Below are positions 56,340-64,000 of a stretch of DNA of 64,000 nt, piece after piece. The notes under the pieces were generated by a model. It was given only the letters and a program-made list of their open reading frames with translations, did no database searches and was not told the origin of the DNA. Made by a program: the position numbers and the translations under genes. Origin of the DNA: the human T2T-CHM13v2.0 reference genome, Homo sapiens; NCBI RefSeq assembly GCF_009914755.1, contig NC_060927.1. One strand, 5' to 3'. How positions within the stretch are numbered: position 1 is the stretch's first letter; every line of letters starts with the position of its first letter.

Positions 56340-56900
56340 GATATTAACCCCTTGCCTGTTATAAGTTGAAGAGTTTTTGTTTTTTTCATTTTTACTTTTG
56401 CTTTGTATTTTTACTGAATTTATATGTATAATAAAGTTTATCAGTCTTTTTCCTTATTGCTTTAGATTTTGAGTCAGAATTAGCAAAGCTTCTGTACTCA
56501 CAAATAATAGTAGAATATACCTGTATTTTTTTTCCTAGTGCTTTTATGCTTTTTTACATTTAAATATCTGATCGATTTGGAATTTAAGTTGCGGTATGGT
56601 GTTTGGAATGAGTATAGTTTTACCATTTTCCATATTGCTCAACCAGTATCTCAACATTTGTTAAATGCTTATATTTTCCCCAACTGATTTGATATGCTGC
56701 CTTTATCAATCCTAAATTTTCATATATCATTGGGCCTACTCGTGTGCCAATATCAAATGCTTTATAGAGGCTTTAGAGTATGTTTTAGTATCTGATAAGG
56801 CCAGCAGTTGCCCCCACACCACCTTGTTTTTTTTTCCCCAGAGATTTCCTGGCTGTTCCTCCTTACTTGCTCTTCATGTACTTGTCATTTCAAGTCAATC
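56340..56900 (-). mobile_element. Ancient L1M ORF2 3' fragment
   Basis: T-rich, atattaaccccttg...ttttttacatttaaatatctgatcgatttggaattta. Confidence 0.5.
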
Positions 56901-59900
56901 TGCATATCAAATATCAGAGCTTTTCATTTGGCTCTTTATGGCTATTTTCTGACACCATAGACATTTTTAATTAGAACATTTTTAGTGTTCTATGAAATTG
57001 AGAAGTATTCCTTCTGACTCAGTGCAAGTGATATATGACTGTCCCACTTAAGCTTGAGAAGCAAGGTTCTATTAGGCTCACTCTCCTTAAGTAAGGTATG
57101 GTCCAGGTTACTCATATCCCTGTGTTTCTCTTGTGCTAATAATCAGTGAAGTCCCCACCTGTGCCACTATGTCATATGTGTGGTCAAATGCTTTCCCTTG
57201 CATATTTTTTATGGTGAGAACACTTAAAATCTACTCTTAGTGATTTCCAAGAATACAATATGTTATTATTAACTATTGTCACCATGTTATACAATAAATC
57301 TTTTGAATTTATTTGTCCTAACTGAAACTTTGTATCCTTCAAATAACGTCTCCCCAACTCCCTCTCCCCAAGCCCTTGGTAACCACCGTTCTACTCTGCT
57401 TCTATTAGTTCAACTTTTTTAGATTAAACGTATAAGTGAGATCGTATGGTAGTTGTTTTTCTGTGCTGGGCTTATTTCACTTACTATCTTCCAAGTTTAT
57501 CCATGTTACAAATGACAGGAATTGCTTCTTTTTAAATGCTGAATGGTATTCCATTGTGTGTATATATATACCACAATTTCTTTAACCATTCATCTGTTGA
57601 CAGATACTTAGGTTGATTTCATATCTTGACTGTTGTGAATATTGCTACAGTGAACATGGACGTGCATATCTCTACATACTGATTTCATTTTCCTTGAATA
57701 TATACCCAGTAGTGGGATTGATGGATTATGTGGTAGTTTTAGTTTTTATTTTTTCAGGAACCTCGCTACTGTATTCCATAATAGTTGTACTAATTTACCT
57801 TCCGATCAACAGTGTGCAAGAGTTCCCTTTTCTTCACATCTTTGCCAAAATTTATCTTGGATCTTTTTGGTAATAGCCATTCTAACAGATGTGAGTTGAT
57901 GTCTCATTGTGGTTTTGATTTGTATCTCTCTGTTGTTAGTGTACAGTGATGTTGAGCATTTTTTCATGAACCTCTGGACCATGGGTATATCCTCTTTTGA
58001 GAAATGTCTATTCAGTTTTTTTGCTCATTTTTTAATCTGGTTGTTTTCTTACTATTGAGTTGAGTTCTTTATATATTTTGTATATTAATCCTTTATCATA
58101 TGCACAGTTTTCAAATACATTTTCCCATTCCATAGATTGTCTCATAACTCTGTTGATTGTTTCTTTTGCTGTATAAAAGCTTGTTTGTTTGATGTAATCT
58201 GATTTGTTTATTTTTGCTTTTGTTGCTTGTGCTTTGGGGTCATATCCAAAAAATCATTGACCAAACCAATGTCATGGAGATTTTCCCATATGTCTTCTTC
58301 TAGTAGTAGATTTACAGTTTCAGTCTTATATTTACATCTTTAATCTATTTGGAATTGAGTTTTATATATTGGTGACATAGTAGTCTAATTTCATTATTTC
58401 TGCATGTTGATATTCAATTTTCCCAATGCCATTTATTGAAGAGATTGTCCTTTCCCTGTTAATGTGTTCTTGGCATCTTTGTCAAAAATCAATTGGCCAT
58501 AAATGCACAGATTTATTTCTGGGCTCTCTGTTCTGTTTCATAGGTCTGTTTTTATGTCAATACCAAACAGTTTTGATTACTATAGTTTTGTGGTGTATTT
58601 TGAAGTCAGGTAGTGTGATGCCTCCATATTTGTTCTTTTTGCTCAAGATTACTTTGGCTATTTGGAGTCTTTGTGGTTCATTACCAATTTCAGGATTGTT
58701 TTCTCTCTTTCTGTAAAAAATGTCATTGGAATTTTGATAGGAATTGCATTGAATCTGTATATTTCTTTAGTTAGTATGGACATTTTAACATTAATTTTTC
58801 CAATCCATGAACATAGGATGTCTTTCCATTTATTTATGTCTTCAATTTCTTTCATTAATAGTTTGTAGTTTTCTGTGTACAGGTCTTCCATCTTCTTGGT
58901 TCAATTTATTTCTAAGTATTTTTTTATAACTATTGCAAATGGGATTGTTTTATTGCTCTCTTTAGATAGTTTGTTGTTAGTGTATAGACATGCAACTAAT
59001 TATGTGTGTTTGTTTCTTGTATTCTGCAACTTTACTGGATTTGTCAGTTTTAACAGTGTTTTGGTGGATTCTTTAAGGTTTTCTATATATAATATTATGT
59101 CATCTGCAGACAGAGACATTTAATTTTTTTCTTTCCAGTTTGGATGCCTTTTATTTCTTTCTCTTGCCTAACTGCTTTGGCTAGGACTCTAGTACTATAT
59201 TGAATAGAAGTGACAGTAATGGCTTCTTTGTCTTGTTCCTGATCTTAAAGGAAAAGCTTTCAATTTTACATTGTTGCATATGTTAGCTGTGGGTTTGTCA
59301 TATATGGCCTTTGTTGCATTGAGTTACTTTTATTGTATACTTAATTTATTGAGAGTTTTTATTATCATGTTAGGATGTTGAATTTTTTCAAACGGTTTGA
59401 CTTTTGAAATGATAATGTTATTTTTGTTCTTCATTCTTTAATTAGTAGACTTGTGTATGTTGAAGCATCCTTGCATCTCTGGGATAAATTTCACTTAATC
59501 TTGGTGAATAATCCTTTTGATGTGCTGTTGAACTTTGTTTGCAAGCATTTTGTTGAGGATTTTTGTGTCCTATATTCATCAGGGATGCTGACCTATAATT
59601 TTCTTTTCCTGTAGTATCCCTGTCTGGCTTGGGTATCAGGGTAAGGCTAGCCTTCTAAAAATGAGTTGTAATTATTCCCTCTTCTTAAGTTTTTTTTGGA
59701 AGAGTTTGAGAAGGATTGGTATTAGTTCTTCTTTAAATGTTTGGTAGAGTTAAGTAGTTAAGTCATCAGGCCCTGGGCTTTTCTCTAATGGGAGACTTTT
59801 AATTACTGATTCAATTTCCTTACTTGTTACTGGTCTGTTCAGAATTTCTATTTCTTCATGATTCGCTCTTAGTAGGTTGTATGTCTCTAGAAGTTTATCC

Positions 59901-61044
59901 ATTTCTTCTAGATTATTCAATTTGTTGGCATATAATTGTCCACAGTAGTCTGTTATGATCCTTTGTATTTCTGTAGTATTCATTGTAATGTCTTTTCTTT
60001 CATTTCTAACTTTGAGTATTCTCTTTTCTTAGTCTAGCTAAAAGTTTGTTGATTACCACCTCTCAGTTTCATTGATCTTTTCTATTGTTTATATGGTCTC
60101 TCTGTCATTTATTTATGCTTTGGCCTTTATTATTTCCTTCCTTCTAACTTTGGGCTTAATTTGTTCTTTTATTTCTATTTTGTTGATGTATGATGTTAGT
60201 TTATTTATTTGAAATATTCTTTTTTGATGTAGGCTTTTATTGCTGTAAATTTTCCTCTTAGAACCGCTTTTGTTTTGCATCCTTCAAGCTTTGGTGTAGT
60301 ATGTGCTTATTTTCATTTGTCTCAAGATAATTTTTATTCTTCCATTTAATTTATTCTTTGGTTGCTCAGGGGCATGTTGTTTAATTTCTAAGTGTTTGTG
60401 AATTTTCTGAAATTCCTCCTGTTATTGACTTTTAGTATTATACTATTGTGGTTGGAAAATATATTTCATGTGATTTAGACCTTCTTAAACTTAAGACTTG
60501 TGTTATATATAGTCTATCCTGGAAAATGTTTTATGTGTGCTTGAGAAGAATGTGTATTCTGCTGCTCTTAGGTGGAATGTTCTATATATGTCTGTACCAT
60601 TTGCTCTAAAATGTAGTTTAAGTCAATGTTTCTTTCTTAATCTTCTGTCTGGATATCCATCCATTGTTGAAAGTGGAGCCTTGAAGTCCCCTGCTATTAT
60701 TAAGAGTCTATCCTTTCAGATCTATTAATATTTTTTATGTATGTAGGTGCTCCAATGTTGGATGCATATGTATTTATAATTGTTATATCCTCTTGATGAA
60801 TTGAACCTTTCATCCTTATATAATGATGTTTTTTGTTTCTTCGGTTTTTTTTTTTTTTACGGTTTTTGACTAAAAGTCTTTTTTATCCGATAAAAGTATA
60901 GTTACCCTGCTCTCTTTTTATTTCTGTTTGCATGGATTATTTTTCCATCCCTTCACTTTCATTTTGTATGTGTCCTTAAAGGTGAAATGAGTCTCTTGTA
61001 GGCAGTATATAGTTGAGTCTTTTTTATTATTATTCATCCAGTCA

Positions 61045-61204
61045 TTTTTTTTTTAAGAGATGAAGTCTCACTGCGTTGACCAGGCTGGAGTGCAGCAGCA
61101 TGATCATAGCTTATTGTAGTCTCAAACTCCTGGGCTCAAGTGATCCTCCTGCCTCAGCCTCCTGACTAGCTAGGACTACAGGTGTGCACCACCATGCCCA
61201 GCTT
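61045..61204 (-). mobile_element. Free Alu monomer (FRAM/FAM-like)
   Basis: poly(T) then aagagatgaagtctcac...caccaccatgcccagct, single arm. Confidence 0.88.
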
Positions 61205-61263
61205 ATGTTTCTTGATTTGATAATGTAATCCATTTATAATCAAGGTAATTATTGATAAGGACT

Positions 61264-62289
61264 TTTTAGAAGGAGTTTATTCATTTATTCTACGTTATTC
61301 CACTTTTGAATAAAAAATATTCAAATAAATACATTTGAATAAATTTATGTATTTATTTACCTTTACTCTCACACTACTCAACACTTCTGACACCAAATGT
61401 GTGAGGGTATTTCCCTACACATGAAGCAATTCTCCCATGGACACCAGCTGAGTATCCTATAATTCAATTTTTAATTCTGACAGTAGCTACCTGGAGGTAG
61501 GATTGGATCCTACAGGTTAAGGGCTCAGTCCCACAAGACTGCTCCCTACTTTAGATGTCAATCAGAAGTAGTAGGTTGTCACCTATACTTCTGACCAACT
61601 GGCTGTAAATTGGGACCACCACTACCCTCTCCTTGGGTTTGATTAACTTGCTAGAGTGGCTCATAGAGCTCAGAAAGTGCTTTACTTACATGTACCAGTT
61701 TATTAATAAATGAAATAATAAAGGATACAGGTGAACAGCCAGATAAAGACATAAATAGTGTAAAGTCTAGAACAGTCCCAAGCATAGGAGCTTCTGTCCC
61801 TGTGGAGTTGGGGTATACCACCCTCTCAGCATATGGAAGTGTTTACCAACCAGTAAGCTCTCTAAACCCTGTAGTTCTTGGAGTTTTATGAAGGCTTCAT
61901 CACATAGGCATGATTGATTAATTAACTCAATTTGTAGCTCCTCTCTTCTCTCTGGAGAATGTAGGATGGGGCTGAAAGCTGCAAGCTATATTCATGGCTT
62001 GATTTTTCTGGTGACCAGCCCCCACCCAGGAGCCCACCAAGAATTGCCTCATTAGAAAAAAAGATGCTCCTATCACTGAGGAATTCCAAGGGATTTAGGA
62101 ACTCTGTGTTGAATGCTCCTATCACTCAGGAAATAACAAAGGTCATAGGGGCTTTGTGTCAGGAACTGGTGCCAAGACCAAATATTAGAACAAAAGATTC
62201 TCCTGGCACTCCTATCACTCAGTAAATTATAAGGAGTTTTGTGCAATGACTAGGAGAAGGGTCTAATACATATTTCTTATTATTTTACA
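61264..62289 (-). mobile_element. MER21 (MER21A/B-like) solo LTR inserted in L1MA
   Basis: acacttctgacaccaaatgtgtg...ggttaagggctcagtcccacaagactgc; three ctcctatcact units; 4-bp TSD gact (61260-61263, 62290-62293). Confidence 0.85.
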
Positions 62290-63609
62290 GACTTACTACT
62301 GTCACTTTGTTAATTGTTTCATGGTTGTTTTGTAGATCCTTTGATCCTTTCTTCCTCTCTTGCTGCCTTCCTTTGTGATCAGGTGTCTTCCTCTAGTGGC
62401 ATACATTGATTACATTGATTCCTTTTTTTTTTTTTTTTTTTTTTTCACTTTTGTGGCTCCACTATAGTATTTTGCTTTGTGTTTACCATGAGGCTTACAT
62501 AAAGCAACTTATAAAAGCCTTTTTTCAAGCTGATAACAACTTAACTTTGATTGCAAAATAAACCTTTACAATTTTACTCCACTTCCCTATATTTTAAATT
62601 TTTGATGTTACAGTTTACATCTTTTATATTGTGTATCCTTCAACAAATTACCATAGCTCTTATTATTTTAATAGTTTTATATTTTAACCTCCATACTAAA
62701 GATAAAGGTGATTTACATACCACCATTATAGTATTAGAGTATTCTGAATTTGACTATGCACTTATTTTTACCAGTAAGTTTTATGCTTTCATATGTTTTC
62801 TTGTATTAATTAGTGTTCTTTTAGCTCAGAGAACTCCCTTTAGCAGTTCTTGTAAGACACGCCTGGTGGTGATGAACTCCTTCAGCTTTTGTTTGCCTGG
62901 AAAAGTCTTTATCTCTTCTTTATTTCAGAAGGACAGCTTTGCTGGTTTCAGGGGTTTTTTTGGCAATTTTTTTTTCCTTCAGTACTTTGAATATATCATC
63001 CCACTCTCTCTTCACCTATAAGGTTTCTGCTGAGAAACTGCAGCCTTTTTGGAACTCCATTTTATGTTATTTGCTTCTTTTCTCTTGCTGCTTTCAGGAC
63101 CCAACAGTTCAATTATAATATATCATCTGTCTTGTTTCAATTGAATCTTATTGGAAGCCTTTGACCTTCCTGTACCTGGATATTTATGTCTTTTCCCAGA
63201 TTTGAAAACTTTTCTATTATTTATTTTTAAACTTTGTGTTCCTTTGTCTTTTTCTTAACCCTCCTATAATTCAAATATTTGCTCTTTTGTTGTTGCTCCA
63301 CTAATCCCATAAGCTCTCTTCATTCCTTTTTATTATTTTTTTCTCCTCTGACTATATATTTTCAAATAACTTGTCTTCAAGTTCACAAATTTTTCTTCTG
63401 CTTGACCATTTCTGTTGTTGATGCCTTCTATTGCATTTTTCATTTCTTTCATTGTATTATACTTTTCAGCTCCAGAATTGTCTACTTTGTTTTCTTGTTT
63501 TTAAATAATTTCAATTTCTATTAAATTTCTCATTTTGGTCATTTATTATTCTCCTGATTTTGTTGAATTGTTTCTCTGCACTTAACTTCCTTCATACAAT
63601 TATTTGTAC

Positions 63610-63801
63610 TTTTTTTTTCTCACTCTGTCACCCAGGCTGGAGCATGATTATGGCTCACTACAGCTTGAACTTCCCAGACGCAAGCAATACTTCTACCTCA
63701 GCCTCTCAAGAAGCTGGGACCATAGGCACACATCACCATGCCCAGCTAATTTTTAAATTTTTTTTGTAGAAATGGGGTCTTGCCTTGTTGCCCAGGCTGG
63801 T
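63610..63801 (-). mobile_element. 5'-truncated AluJ
   Basis: Right arm, linker and part of left arm; TSD core atacaattatttg at 63594 and 63803. Confidence 0.88.
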
Positions 63802-64000
63802 TATACAATTATTTGAATTCTTTGTTAGGCAGTTTATAAGTCTCTGTTTCTTTAGGGTTGGTCACTGGTGCATAATTTTATTCTTTGGTGGTGTCATGTT
63901 TCTTTGATTGTTCCTCATCCTTGTTGCCATGTGTTGGTGTCTGTGCGTTTGAAGAAATAGGGACTTATTCCAGTATTTGCAGACTTGCTTTGTTTGGGAA

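Larger units (their letters stand above)
57205..64000 (-). mobile_element. Old L1MA (L1MA7-9-like) element: 3'UTR at ~57.2 kb, ORF2 relic to ~61.2 kb, upstream part to window end; interrupted by two Alus and MER21
   Basis: 3' end ggtgagaacacttaaaatctactc; minus-strand peptides [11 protein letters not shown]...[11 protein letters not shown] and LYANKLNNLEEMDKLLETYNL; assignment beyond 62.3 kb is less certain. Confidence 0.85.

Overview
Repeat-rich primate (human/hominoid-like) genomic DNA, intronic or intergenic. I cannot support any intact protein-coding gene, RNA gene or CRISPR array, and the host locus cannot be named from the sequence. The long ORFs in the track are broken LINE-1 ORF1/ORF2 pieces or frames running through LTR/Alu sequence. 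Main content: (1) a nested transposon cluster at ~6.2-10.1 kb holding two back-to-back solo LTR12 (ERV9) promoters; (2) a full-length but inactivated L1PA4-like element (+, 14453-20589); (3) an isolated L1 5'UTR/ORF1 fragment with no tail or TSD (-, 39513-41098); (4) a full-length inactivated L1PA7/8-like element (-, 42061-48209); (5) an old L1MA element (-, 57205 to window end) interrupted by MER21 and Alus; plus Alus, THE1, MLT1, MIR, L2 and DNA-transposon relics. Subfamily names come from recalled consensus sequences and need RepeatMasker/Dfam confirmation. I found no convincing new biological system. The best leads are the divergent LTR12 pair, a possible L1 antisense-promoter chimeric splice, a re-framed ORF0, several template-switch-like palindromes, and two CpG-retaining motif clusters.
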